This document shows, piece after piece, positions 31,082 through 42,002 of a stretch of 64,000 nucleotides of DNA. Location: assembly GCA_021513715.1 (NCBI GenBank), contig CP084167.1, positions 1,760,001 to 1,824,000 on the forward strand. The letters run 5' to 3'. The stretch is from Candidatus Heimdallarchaeum endolithica. GTDB lineage: Archaea; Asgardarchaeota; Heimdallarchaeia; Heimdallarchaeales; Heimdallarchaeaceae. The translations under genes were made by a program, and so were the position numbers. The notes under the pieces are model-generated. The model did no database searches and was not told where the DNA came from. It was given only the letters and a program-made list of their open reading frames with translations. Numbering within the stretch: the first letter of the stretch is position 1; every line of letters starts with the position of its first letter.

Positions 31082-32524
31082 CTAATTTGAAAATACTAGA
31101 GATTTTACAACTACAGGAACAACCAAACCACCAGCTTTAGGTTTATCAACATCTATAAAATCTCCTTCTTCTACATCTATTTCATCAATTGAAACAATAT
31201 TTTGTTTGACAGCTGTTTCTCGCACCATCACATTTCCTACTGAATTTGCTATATCCTTCTCAAAAACTAGAATTATTGGCAACTCATTTTCTATTGTTTT
31301 TGGAATTGCTTTTTCTATTCCTTTTACAAAAGTAGTTAATCCAGCATAAGAACCACCTATTGCACCTTTAAAGAGCAAGGCCACAATATCCTGACCATCT
31401 ATTTTATCAAACAGTTTATAACTTTTAACTATAGCTTTTGAAATTGTTTCAACATCTAACCGTTTTCCATTTAACTTTGGCTCGATTACAGGAATATTAT
31501 GTAAAGGTAGAATAGTATTATCAGAAACGTGTGTTGTTACACCAGAAACTTTGAGAGTATATTGTCCTGCACCAATTACTGTCGCTCTAATGAGTTCTTT
31601 AGGGGTGTAAAGAGACAAACTATGCTTTTTTACTAGTTTCAAAATCTCGCTACCTAAATACTTACCAAGATCATTATAATCCCTTGTTGTCCTTTCATAA
31701 ATATATTCAGCTACACCCCCAGAAAATGAGTATTTATCAATTTTCTCTTCAAATGATAAAGGGTTAGTCATAAGTAATTTTTTTGCAAGATCTGATGAAT
31801 GTTTTTTGAAAAGTAGATCAAACAAACTTTCTGCAAGAAATTTAGCTATTTTTTGCTTAATTTCCTCTGAAATATAGACTCCATAATCAAACTTTATTCC
31901 TATTAATGGTTCAAGAAAACGAATGGGTTCTTCAATTCTTATAATTCTATTTTCAGAGTCGAAGGCCAACAGCCTCCCCCCAACATTAACACAAGAAGCA
32001 TCAATAACTTTTCCATTAGAAACAACAGCAATATTTGATGTACCACCGCCAATATCGATATTAATTATAATTTCACTATTTTCTTTTGAGTATTTTACCG
32101 CTCCAGAGCCCATAGCTGCGATAACTGATTCAAAATTAGGACCAGCTGTTGCAGCAACAAAACGACCAGCTTTGTGAGCGAGAGCTTTCACTAAATCTTC
32201 AGCATTGTGTTTTTTTGCGCTCTCACCAGTAATTATTACAGCCCCTGTATCGATATCGTCTGGTTTAATATTAGCTTTTTTATATTCATCCTTAAGAAAA
32301 TTGATGAGTTCAAAGTAGTTAATTGTTTGATTCTTAACATCTATTGGCGTAAGAATTATTTTTCCTCTATATAATATTTTTCTCTCTGTTACCTCAAATT
32401 TTAATCTCCCCTGTGGAGAATAAACCTTTTCTAGCTTTAATAAAGAATAAACAATATGGCTTGTAGTAGTTCCAACATCAATACCCAAACTTTTCAAATA
32501 TATAGGTTTGTGCTCATCATCCAT
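31082..32524 (-). CDS. eutA: Ethanolamine ammonia-lyase reactivating factor EutA-like ATPase
   Basis: SLGIDVGTTT, GAVIITGE, FVAATAGP, DIGGGTSN, FSGGVA, IRATVIGAG, VPVVVKSL. Confidence 0.85.
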   Translation of the reverse strand: MDDEHKPIYLKSLGIDVGTTTSHIVYSLLKLEKVYSPQGRLKFEVTERKILYRGKIILTPIDVKNQTINYFELINFLKDEYKKANIKPDDIDTGAVIITGESAKKHNAEDLVKALAHKAGRFVAATAGPNFESVIAAMGSGAVKYSKENSEIIINIDIGGGTSNIAVVSNGKVIDASCVNVGGRLLAFDSENRIIRIEEPIRFLEPLIGIKFDYGVYISEEIKQKIAKFLAESLFDLLFKKHSSDLAKKLLMTNPLSFEEKIDKYSFSGGVAEYIYERTTRDYNDLGKYLGSEILKLVKKHSLSLYTPKELIRATVIGAGQYTLKVSGVTTHVSDNTILPLHNIPVIEPKLNGKRLDVETISKAIVKSYKLFDKIDGQDIVALLFKGAIGGSYAGLTTFVKGIEKAIPKTIENELPIILVFEKDIANSVGNVMVRETAVKQNIVSIDEIDVEEGDFIDVDKPKAGGLVVPVVVKSLVFSN

Positions 32525-32623
32525 CCTAATTCATAAAAAGGGATTCCACTTCTCTTTTAAATCTTTGTTTAAACGATAAGTAAAAAAGGTTCATATTGAT
32601 TTTCCTATCACTCACAAAAAAAC

Positions 32624-33644
32624 TGTTCACTCAATAGACCTGGGTTACACTTTTGGGCACTAGAGAAACGTAAGGGTGATTCATAAATCTTTCTCCAGGA
32701 GTAAGGAGGTTAAGAGACTGGTGAGGACGACTAAAATTGTAGTACGAGCGATAGTAAGAGAGGTCGGAGTTGCAGTATTTTAGTCCTAATCTTTCCATCT
32801 CACGGATGATGGTTGGGTTCCATGTAGTCTTTCTACTTTTCCGCATGTTTCGGGGTGAAAAACTCTAGCTCTGATGTGTTTTATTCCTTCTGTTTGACAC
32901 CAACGGGAGAAGGTACTTGTTCCTCCTCTAACGGAAGAGAAGAGTGCTCCATTGTCTGTGAGGATAGACTCGGGGTGACCATATTTTTCTATTGCTTCTT
33001 CTAGCAAGCTTATTATTTGCTCTTTTTTTGGCGCAAAAGGGTGAAGTTTAGCTCCTAGACAGAATCGTGAGTGATCATCTATTAGAGTTATGAGGTGGAG
33101 ATGTTGTCCTTGTTCTTCTACCCAGAATGGTCCTTTCACATCTATCTGCCAGAGTTCGTTAGGTTTTTCTCGCTCAAATCTCTTGTATCGAGGTCTCTTC
33201 CTCTTTTTCCTATTACTCCACAGAGGAAGACCAAGCTCTCCTATTACTTTAATTACTGTATTTCGCGATAATCCTCTTCCTTCTTTCTTCAACAGATAAG
33301 CTATCTTCTCCACATTCATTCCTTGTTTTATTCTTAACTCCCTTATCCTCTCTCTTAACTCCTCATCTACTTTCCTGTGTATAGTTTTTGGTCTGGAAGA
33401 TCTATCCTTCCACCATTCTCCTTCAGGGTTCTTTCTGAACCTCTTTAACCACTTATACACAAACTTCCTACTCACCATATAGTCGTGAGCTACCTTTTTT
33501 ATCTTCTCTTTTCTCCTTCCAAAGCTTTTTTAACCACAATCTTTCTTAGTCTCTCTAGGTTACGTTCGGGTTTGTTCATGTTTAATCACTTACCCTCGTA
33601 ACCCACTTTCTATTTATTTGTTACCAACGTAGGTAGAGTATACA
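32624..33644 (-). mobile_element. IS481-family insertion sequence, copy 2
   Basis: TGT/ACA ends; highly similar to copy 1; 17-bp direct repeat ATCACTCACAAAAAAAC at 32607-32623 and 33645-33661. Confidence 0.92.
32631..33579 (-). pseudogene. Frameshifted IS481 transposase
   Basis: ATG at 33579 (MNKPERNL); two 5-nt insertions relative to copy 1, near 33505 and 32813, split it into three pieces. Confidence 0.9.
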
Positions 33645-33703
33645 ATCACTCACAAAAAAACAATAAACTTTAAAATGTCTAATAAAACACCTAATTTAGA
33701 TTA

Positions 33704-34693
33704 GTGATGTCGCAATTAAATGTTGAAAAAACAGATTCATCTGAAGAAACTAAACTTGGTCCAAGAACAGAAAAAGAAGTTTGGCAAGATTGGGGAAAAA
33801 GTATTCTTTCATGGTTAGGAGACAAAATCCATTCTCCAATGGGTGTTTGGTTTATCAGTATCTGGTTGGTAAGCATCATCACAATGTGTATTACAAACTC
33901 GTTAAGAGGAGAACCTTTTTTCAAAGGACCTAGCTACTGGATAGGGGTTTTTCTTACTTATGGGTTAAATGTAGGACAAGATCCTTCATACAGATTTATT
34001 GCTAAACCAGTAGTTAATTGGATTTTTGCACCAATGGTAGTGATTACCTTAGGAATAACGCTATTTATTTTACCTGATTGTGGATTCTTTAGAAATGGAG
34101 CTTTTCCTAAAGAGGAACTTGATTTCCAGAAAACATATATGTTTTTCAACACTGATGTTTGGGGAAGTAATCTAGTCAACCCTGATCATCCAAAATGGAC
34201 AGTAATGTATCTTTGGATTGTATGGATGCCAGTGTTTCTTGGAACTGCAATTACATCTATATACAACTATATTGTGTTCAAGAGAATAAAAAAGAGAAAA
34301 AGAACAATCCCTAAACCAACTAAAACCTTACTATATAGTTTAATATCAACTTTTATTGTTGGCGTTGCAATGGCTTTAATGACAGGTAACATTGAGCTAC
34401 GGTTTAGGGGAATCTTAAGATCTGTATTTATCGAAAGGAAGACAAATAGTTTCTTTATTTATGGAACACAATACAATTTAAGTGGCCAATATCACCCTAT
34501 TGGTTTGGCGTTAACGATGTGGTTAATAAATTTATTACCCTTTGCTCTTGTTTATATGATGTTTTTGATAACTATGAACATCGATAAGATATGGATTAAT
34601 AGAAAAAAAATTGTTGAAAATATAAAGACCAAAATAAAGAGAGAAAAAGTCGGTGACTTGTTCCACGAACAGCAAAAAATCAATCAAAATTAA
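33704..34693 (+). CDS. Hypothetical multi-pass membrane protein
   Basis: 329-aa ORF with about 5-6 hydrophobic segments. Confidence 0.6.
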   Translation: MMSQLNVEKTDSSEETKLGPRTEKEVWQDWGKSILSWLGDKIHSPMGVWFISIWLVSIITMCITNSLRGEPFFKGPSYWIGVFLTYGLNVGQDPSYRFIAKPVVNWIFAPMVVITLGITLFILPDCGFFRNGAFPKEELDFQKTYMFFNTDVWGSNLVNPDHPKWTVMYLWIVWMPVFLGTAITSIYNYIVFKRIKKRKRTIPKPTKTLLYSLISTFIVGVAMALMTGNIELRFRGILRSVFIERKTNSFFIYGTQYNLSGQYHPIGLALTMWLINLLPFALVYMMFLITMNIDKIWINRKKIVENIKTKIKREKVGDLFHEQQKINQN

Positions 34694-34855
34694 TATTTTT
34701 ACCAACTTTACTTATTTTTATATTTATTTTTGTTTAGTATAGACAATTAAAAACATTTTAACAATGATTATGTATCAGAAGAAATTGTAATAATAAATGA
34801 AAGGATATATAACTTAAGAAAAAAAATTACTGTAAAAAGAGATATATGAATCCTC

Positions 34856-35776
34856 ATGATTAGCTCAAATAACAAACTTGATTCAAGAGAAAGAAGAAAT
34901 AAGGTTGTTTTGCTAGCTGAGGATTTAATAAAAATTTATAGGACTGGTGAAAGTGAAACACAAGCACTTAGAGGAGTTTCATTAAAAGTTCATGAAGGAG
35001 AAAAGGTTTTTCTTATTGGTCCTTCTGGAAGTGGAAAAACAACATTAGTAAATATTTTAGCAGGAATTGATAAACCTACTTCTGGCAAAGTGTTTTGGGA
35101 AGATTTAAGGGAAGATATTACAAGAAGTTCTCACGAAGCAATTATAAAAAATAGGAGAAACTATGTGGGAGTAATTTTTCAAGATTCAAAACTTATACCT
35201 CATTTAACAGTAGAAGAGAATATTAGATTAACAGCACATTACGCAAATTTAGACAGTGATGAAACAGAAAAAAGATTGGAATTCATCTTAAAATTTATGG
35301 GGATATGGGAAAAAAGAAATAAAAAACAGAATAAACTCTCTGGAGGAGAACAAAAAAGAGCAGCAATAGCTTCTACTTTAATTACTAACCCTAGAATAAT
35401 CATAGGCGACGAGCCAACAGGAAATTTAGACATAGTCACTTCCAATAAAATACTTGATCTACTAGATAAAATAAATGTAGAATTAAACGTTGCTTTACTA
35501 ATAGTGACCCATTCACAACTTGTAGCACAAAGAGCTGATAGGATTATAGAATTTAGTGACGGAGTAATTCTAGCGCAACATAGTAAAAATATTCAATTAA
35601 GAGAACTAAAGAGAACTAGAGAATTAGAAATGGATAGACAGAACAGGATTCACATCCCACAATCAATTCTCGAAGAACTAAACAATCCAAAACATTTTAC
35701 AATTAATTTAGAAAACAAAAAAATTGTCCTACGGCCCATATATCAACAAGAGGATGAACGTGAAAATATAGGTTAA
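34856..35776 (+). CDS. LolD/MacB-type ABC ATP-binding protein with C-terminal AbrB-like extension
   Basis: GPSGSGKT, LSGGE, GDEPTGNLD, VTH; tail EMDRQNRIHIPQSILEEL. Confidence 0.85.
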   Translation: MISSNNKLDSRERRNKVVLLAEDLIKIYRTGESETQALRGVSLKVHEGEKVFLIGPSGSGKTTLVNILAGIDKPTSGKVFWEDLREDITRSSHEAIIKNRRNYVGVIFQDSKLIPHLTVEENIRLTAHYANLDSDETEKRLEFILKFMGIWEKRNKKQNKLSGGEQKRAAIASTLITNPRIIIGDEPTGNLDIVTSNKILDLLDKINVELNVALLIVTHSQLVAQRADRIIEFSDGVILAQHSKNIQLRELKRTRELEMDRQNRIHIPQSILEELNNPKHFTINLENKKIVLRPIYQQEDERENIG

Positions 35777-35778
35777 AG

Positions 35779-36288
35779 GTGAAGTTACATTACATTAGAA
35801 AAATGAATTCTGTAATAAAAATATTAGGAGAAATTAAAATGAAAGGCGACACAGAACAAACAATTAATAAAGAAAAAACAAAAAGCGAAACAGAAATCAA
35901 AAATGCTCAAATTCAAGCCAAATGGGATGTTATTCTACTAACAGGTTTTTTTTCATCTTTAGTGTTTTTTATCATAGATGCAATAATTGCACTTATTTTT
36001 ATATTTGGACTAAAAAGAGATGCAATATTGACTTTAGGAGCGTTTGAATATATTTTATTAGGTGAAGTAGCAATTGTAGTTATATGGGGAGCCTGTGTGG
36101 GTAATATTAAACAGTCAGTAGTGATTCAAAAAGTAAAAGAAAAAATAACAAAATCAGAAACAATAAATAAATTTACAATTAGAGAAGCAACCTTTAACGC
36201 TATTTCATATTATTTTGCTGGAGCATTTCTATTCATTTATTTGATTGTATTGCACAAAATATTGCAAATTTTAGTAGAAATTACATAA
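35779..36288 (+). CDS. Hypothetical membrane protein
   Basis: Three hydrophobic helices; likely start MKGD after a GGAG SD. Confidence 0.55.
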   Translation: MKLHYIRKMNSVIKILGEIKMKGDTEQTINKEKTKSETEIKNAQIQAKWDVILLTGFFSSLVFFIIDAIIALIFIFGLKRDAILTLGAFEYILLGEVAIVVIWGACVGNIKQSVVIQKVKEKITKSETINKFTIREATFNAISYYFAGAFLFIYLIVLHKILQILVEIT

Positions 36289-36450
36289 TAGATCACAAAA
36301 AAAATCTATAAATTTTAAAGAAATTAAAGGTACAAGAGGATATAATTTAAACAAGCCATCAATGACACCCAAAAAGTTTATTAAGTTTCTGTTGATTCTA
36401 TAATTGCCTCCATTTATTTACTTTAAATGGAAAAAAAGGTGAATTAAAAA

Positions 36451-38217
36451 ATGAATAAAAAAGCATTTTTAGGGATTGCACTGATATTTGTTGTTAGTGC
36501 ATCAATGATCCCAGCATCCGCTGCAGAAGGAGATATTATACCTGCGTTCTACATAAACTTATTATCACCAAACACCAATCCTGCCAGAAACCAATGGGCA
36601 GCATTGATGGAAAATCAATTACCAAAAATCGGAATTGGTATTGCTTTCCATGAATCCACTGGTTGGGGTAACATCATGCCTCGTACATGGTCATACCCAG
36701 TTGGTGAAGAAGGTAAGTTCGATTACATTCCAACATATGAAGATGGTGGTTATGATATCCTTTTTGTAGGTTGGAGTTGGGGATTAGACTGGGATCCAAC
36801 AGGACTTTATGATACAGCCAGTATTGTTCCAGCTGGAGACAATATGTACCAATACAGTAATCCTACGTATGATGCAAAACTTGTAGAATACACATCAGAA
36901 CTTGACGACACTGCACGTATTGCTAAAGCTAAAGAATTACAAGCTATTCTCTATGATGATTTGCCATCAATTACACTCATCTATCCTAGAGAAGTATTTG
37001 GTTTTGCTAAAACCTTAAGTGGAATTGACACTCTATTATTAGGAACTAGTGCTCAGCGTCCAGAAAATTGGAGAACCACAGAATCTGATTCTACCATCAC
37101 TTATGCACTTCCTGCTGAATTAACAGAATACAATATCTTTGTCCAAGAATCTTATTATGATGCTCAATGGATGAGCTGTGTTTATTATGGTCTCTTCGGA
37201 CGAAGTCAAGATGAGCACCTAATGGAACCAGTTATTGCAAAGAATTACAGTGTTTCAGAGAATAAATTAACCTTTACTGTTGACATTAATCCTGATGCTT
37301 ACTTCAGTAATGGAGATCCTGTAACTGCTTATGATGTTGATTATACTTATGAGTTACACATGACTCCTGCAGTTGCATCCAGTTCTTATGGTTATCTAAC
37401 AACCTTCTTTGAGGATAATGATTCAATTAAGGCTTTAGATGACGATACTGTTCAATTTACTTTGAAACAGCCATACGCTTTTGCTTTAAGTCTTTTAAGC
37501 TATGCTATCATCAATAAAGATCTAGTTCAAGCTTACATCGAAGAAAATGGTTATGATATGGGAGCACTAGATCAAGCTTTAGTTACTGGTGCTGGTCCAT
37601 ACATGCTTGATGTTGATGATTATGATACAACTACTAGTACTGTTACATTACAACCCAATCCACATTGGGCTTTAACAGATGATGATCTTGTTGAAAAATT
37701 GATTTTCACATTTATCTCTGGTAAAGATACTGCTATTGCTGCTCTTGCTGATGGAACAGTTGATATTGTAGACTCACAATATGCACCTGTTGAATCAGAC
37801 TATGAAGGCATTGATGCAAATGTAGTAGTAGCTAAAACTCCAGCCACACAAGAAATGGCTATCAACTTAAAGCATCCAATCATTGGTACTGGAGAGCTCA
37901 CCCCTGCTGGAACAGTTGATGCAGCAAAAAGCATCAGAAAAGCTATTAGTCATGCTGTTCCTCGCGAGACAATCGTAACAGAGATCTTACAAGGACTTGG
38001 AGCACCTGGTATTAACCCAATGCCTGATGCTTCAGTAGGTTTTGATACCTCATTAGAACCATACACCTATGATCTTGAATTAGCTAAGTCTCTAATAGAA
38101 GATGCAGGATACACATTAGAAACTGAAACAGCAATTAAAAGTGGAATCCCTGGATTAGTCTTCATTTCCTTCTTAGGTGTTGCTTCTTTAGTAGCTTTAA
38201 GAAGATTCAGAAAATAA
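36451..38217 (+). CDS. Family-5 (OppA/DppA-like) solute-binding protein, circularly permuted, with C-terminal membrane anchor
   Basis: Signal peptide; FSNGDPVTAYDV, GAGPY and YDLELAKSLIEDAG motifs; PGL-TM-RRFRK C-terminus. Confidence 0.85.
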   Translation: MNKKAFLGIALIFVVSASMIPASAAEGDIIPAFYINLLSPNTNPARNQWAALMENQLPKIGIGIAFHESTGWGNIMPRTWSYPVGEEGKFDYIPTYEDGGYDILFVGWSWGLDWDPTGLYDTASIVPAGDNMYQYSNPTYDAKLVEYTSELDDTARIAKAKELQAILYDDLPSITLIYPREVFGFAKTLSGIDTLLLGTSAQRPENWRTTESDSTITYALPAELTEYNIFVQESYYDAQWMSCVYYGLFGRSQDEHLMEPVIAKNYSVSENKLTFTVDINPDAYFSNGDPVTAYDVDYTYELHMTPAVASSSYGYLTTFFEDNDSIKALDDDTVQFTLKQPYAFALSLLSYAIINKDLVQAYIEENGYDMGALDQALVTGAGPYMLDVDDYDTTTSTVTLQPNPHWALTDDDLVEKLIFTFISGKDTAIAALADGTVDIVDSQYAPVESDYEGIDANVVVAKTPATQEMAINLKHPIIGTGELTPAGTVDAAKSIRKAISHAVPRETIVTEILQGLGAPGINPMPDASVGFDTSLEPYTYDLELAKSLIEDAGYTLETETAIKSGIPGLVFISFLGVASLVALRRFRK

Positions 38218-38299
38218 AATCTATTTCTTTTTTTCTTTTTTTTATTGCAAATAATTTTTATTAAAAGAGTAAAATTTTGCAAACAGTTAATTGCATTTA

Positions 38300-38638
38300 T
38301 TAGTCTTTAGGCTGTTTTTTAAACTCACTTATGGGAAAGATTAATCCAAGTTCTATCAATAAAGTAAGCATTTTTTTGAAATTAACTACTTTATAGGTGT
38401 TTTTAACAGAAATTTGTTTTACCATTCTATTATTAATTAAATAATTCAAACATTTTTTTACTGAATCATGTTTAATACCAGTTACTTCTGCCAATTCATC
38501 AAGTGTCATCCCTTCTTCATACATACTGAGTGAAACACCTACAACACCTAGATTTATTCTTTCCATTACTTCTGTTGGCAACATATCTGAAAGTTCATCA
38601 TTATTTTTTTCTTTTTTTTCATCCATTTCTTTCACCAC
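38300..38638 (-). CDS. Small winged-HTH protein
   Basis: GMTLDELAEVTGIKHDSVKKCLNYL. Confidence 0.7.
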   Translation of the reverse strand: MVKEMDEKKEKNNDELSDMLPTEVMERINLGVVGVSLSMYEEGMTLDELAEVTGIKHDSVKKCLNYLINNRMVKQISVKNTYKVVNFKKMLTLLIELGLIFPISEFKKQPKD

Positions 38639-38641
38639 ACC

Positions 38642-39232
38642 CTAGTTATTTGTGAGAACTTTTTCAAAATAAGATTCGACAAGATGGGGGGGAATACCAA
38701 TATCTTTCAATTGTTTTTTAATTTCTAGCACAGTATGCTTTTTTCTTAATTCCTTATATTGGAAAGCTATAAATTCTCCATATTCCCAAGGGTATACAAT
38801 CCATTTATCTGTTAGATTGATATAAAAATCAGGTACAACAATACTATGCTTTTTATAATGTAATGTTGCAGTTTTGATAGATTTCGGACCTTTTGTTTTT
38901 ATGTGTTCTATTGCAGCTTGAAGGCTTTTTCCTGAATCGGCCACATCATCCACAATTAATATTTTTTTATTTTTTACTTCTGCTGTCAATTCTTGTGTAA
39001 TGATTGGGTTTTCTCTTACTTGGGACGTATCTCGATAAAACTCTATTTTTATGTTAGCAGTAAATTTATTCCCATAAAAATCAGAAAGCAATCTAGCTGG
39101 AATCCACCCACCACGAGCAATACCTACAATAATATCAGGAAATTCATTAGCATTTATTAGTTTTTCAAACAAATAATAACACATGTTATACGCTTCGTCC
39201 CAGCTTACTATTTCATACTGCAAAACTAGCAC
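38642..39232 (-). CDS. Type I phosphoribosyltransferase (purine PRT-like)
   Basis: GIARGG, LIVDDVADSGKS, WIVYPWE. Confidence 0.9.
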   Translation of the reverse strand: MLVLQYEIVSWDEAYNMCYYLFEKLINANEFPDIIVGIARGGWIPARLLSDFYGNKFTANIKIEFYRDTSQVRENPIITQELTAEVKNKKILIVDDVADSGKSLQAAIEHIKTKGPKSIKTATLHYKKHSIVVPDFYINLTDKWIVYPWEYGEFIAFQYKELRKKHTVLEIKKQLKDIGIPPHLVESYFEKVLTNN

Positions 39233-39373
39233 CTCAAGAATATATTTCTCTTAAAGCTAATTTTTAAAAATATTGTCAAAGCTGCTATCATTGATTGTTA
39301 TAAATAAAAACATCTTAGAAAAGTATTTAATACGTGAATCTTATTTTTATTGAATTAACTTTTAGGTGATAAT

Positions 39374-41618
39374 TTGTCATTCATACAACATTTGAATTTA
39401 ACAGAAGATGAAAAAAAGATATATGAGTTTTTGCTAAACTTTGGAAATTTAACAGCAATAGAACTAGCCAATTTTGCTGGAACTAATTTCCAAACCGTAA
39501 AAAATGCTTTAAGTTCTTTAATTGAAAAAGGGGCTGTTGGTGAAACCAAAGGATATATCAAAAAGTATTTTGCAAGGATACCACTAGCATATCTTGGAGA
39601 AAAGAGTACAAATATTTCCAGTCAAATCAACGAAAATCTTACATCAGCCTCGTCCTCTCTCACAAATGAAAAAGAGAAACTCGTAGAACTTAAATCAAAA
39701 ACAAAAACCAAAATTACAGAGGAGATTGAGCACAAGAAGAAAAGTTTAGATTCTCAGATGAATACTAAAAAAGAAGAGATACTGTCTAATATAGAAGAAA
39801 TTAAAGAAAACAATTCTAAGAGAATTGATGAAATTCGATCTCAAATAGAAGAGAATATCGATTCTTTAAAGAATGAAATTAATTCTGAACTTAGTGAAAG
39901 TACAGGAAAAGCTTTAGATGCAGTTTCTAGCTCAAAAAAACAAATAATTGATTCAAAAACAGGACTAATAACAAACTTAGAAAATGAGACAACAAAGATT
40001 ATTGAAGAAACATCAGTTTCAGTTAAGACAAAGAAGGATGATATCAATAATGTTACAACTAGTCTTCAACCGAAATTAGAAGAATTAAAAAACAGCCTAT
40101 GTAGGTGAATTTGATGAAATCAGCAATATTACAAAAGCAAACTTTGATTTGGCTAAAGTAGATCTAAAAGAATTTAACGAAAAACAAGCAGCAAAAACTC
40201 TAGATTACTCCCAAAACATTACAACTGAATTAGGCAAAACTTTAGACAGTGCAACTGTTACAGTAAAAAGTCATTTAGACACTCTCAATAACAACTTAGA
40301 AAATTTGTTAAATACTAAAACAGAAGAGATGGTACTAAAGATCAAAGAGACATTAGCTTCTTTAAGTAATGAAATAGAAGCAATAAAAGGTGATCTTGTA
40401 GCAGAGATGGTACAACAAAAAAGTGCTGTTGTTGCTTCTACACTACTAAAAATAAAAGATGAACTAGCAATCAAATTTACAGATTTTACAAACGAGGAAC
40501 AACGAAGAAAACAAGAACTTATGAGTGAAAAAGACATCTTTTCACAAAAATTAGATGCCTATTATAATGAGACTATAGACGAATTTAGCAAAAAAATTGA
40601 GGAAATAAAAACTAATGCAGAACAAAAAGTGGCCAATATTAATTCTAAAACATTGAGTGAGTTCACATCCCTCTCTGAACAGATAATTTCGATTTTATCG
40701 GAACATCAAGAGACTTTCAGCAAAAGCATCAATGATATCAAAACTAAGATAAGTCAAGAATTAGAAAAAAATGCCAATGAAAACACTGAAACGTTAAACA
40801 ACATTGAAAATATGCTTAAAACTATAATCGAAACTAATTCAACAAAAATAGAAAGTCTTTACAACCAAACAAAGTCAACTATAGAAACACAAACAAAAAA
40901 TATCCGAGAGACAATTATGGGAGCAGTTGACAACATAGTTAATGACACTCTGGAAACGGCAAATGCATTAGTTTCCATCTCAAAAGGAGAGATAGATAAA
41001 ACAAAGAGCTTTATTGAAGAAATGATAGAAAAAGAAATAGAAAGTAGTTTTGGTATAATGGAAGAAACACATTTAAATCTAGAAAAACTAGCTAAAGAAC
41101 TGATGAGTGTTTCTGTGCAACTCGGAGAAGATTTCCAAACTTTAGAAGCTAAGACAACAACAGTAAAAGAACCAGATATACATACAACAGTAATTACAGG
41201 TGTTGATGCAGTTGAAGAGCATATAAAAGACATATTAAAAGATATTAAAACAAAGGGAACATTATTTGTTCCAACAAAAAGATCTGTACCTGTTGAAATA
41301 CTAAAATCACTAAAAAGTTCAGTACAAATTACAATAGTTACAAAAATTGATGATGAAATGGACAAAGATTGGGTAAACGATTTACAGAAAAATACACAGG
41401 CAAACGTCATGATTAGAACGATAAGAGAAGGAGGAACAGATATACCTGTTATCTACGCAGTGGAAAGAGATAGTTCTGAGGTACTAGTAGCAATCGAGGA
41501 TGAGACCACAAAAGAAGTAGTTGGGATATTATCAAATTCTACCGAATTTGCGAAAGTTCTGTCATTCACCATACTTAGCAATTACTTAACTGGAGCAGCT
41601 TCTAGACAAATAAGATAA
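39374..41618 (+). CDS. TrmB-type HTH + long coiled-coil + globular C-terminal domain; split by a 1-nt frameshift at the A6 run 40087-40092 (about 747 aa if joined)
   Basis: ORFs 39374-40108 and 40149-41618 join as ELKTAYVGEFDEISNITKANFDLAKV if one A is removed. N-terminus LNLTEDEKKIYEFLL...LSSLIEKG is TrmB-like. Confidence 0.7.
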
Positions 41619-41745
41619 AAAACCTTTTTTTATTCTTTTTTGCTAAAAAAATTTAATTCTGAGACATGATTCACAGTTAGGTTTTTAGCGTAAAGATTAT
41701 AAGCGAAAACAATTTTTCCTAGTTAACAACAAAGGTGATTAAAAA

Positions 41746-41922
41746 ATGCCAACAGTAGTAGATGAATCATGTTGTGTAGGCTGTGGAGCTTGTGTAGACG
41801 TTTGTCCAGAGAATGTTTATGACCTAATAAATGACATAGCAGTTCCTGTTCGAAAAGAAGATTGCACAGACTGCGGCCTATGTATTGATGAATGTCCTTC
41901 AGAATGTATTGATTTTGAATAA
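41746..41922 (+). CDS. 2x[4Fe-4S] ferredoxin (58 aa; absent from ORF track)
   Basis: MPTVVDESCCVGCGACVDVCP...CTDCGLCIDECPSECIDFE; GGTGA SD upstream. Confidence 0.93.
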   Translation: MPTVVDESCCVGCGACVDVCPENVYDLINDIAVPVRKEDCTDCGLCIDECPSECIDFE

Positions 41923-42002
41923 ATCAATATCTTTGCTTTTTCTTTTTGTTTTTAATGCTATTTTCCAAATATTTAATTTACTGAAAAATATGAAGATTAC
42001 TT

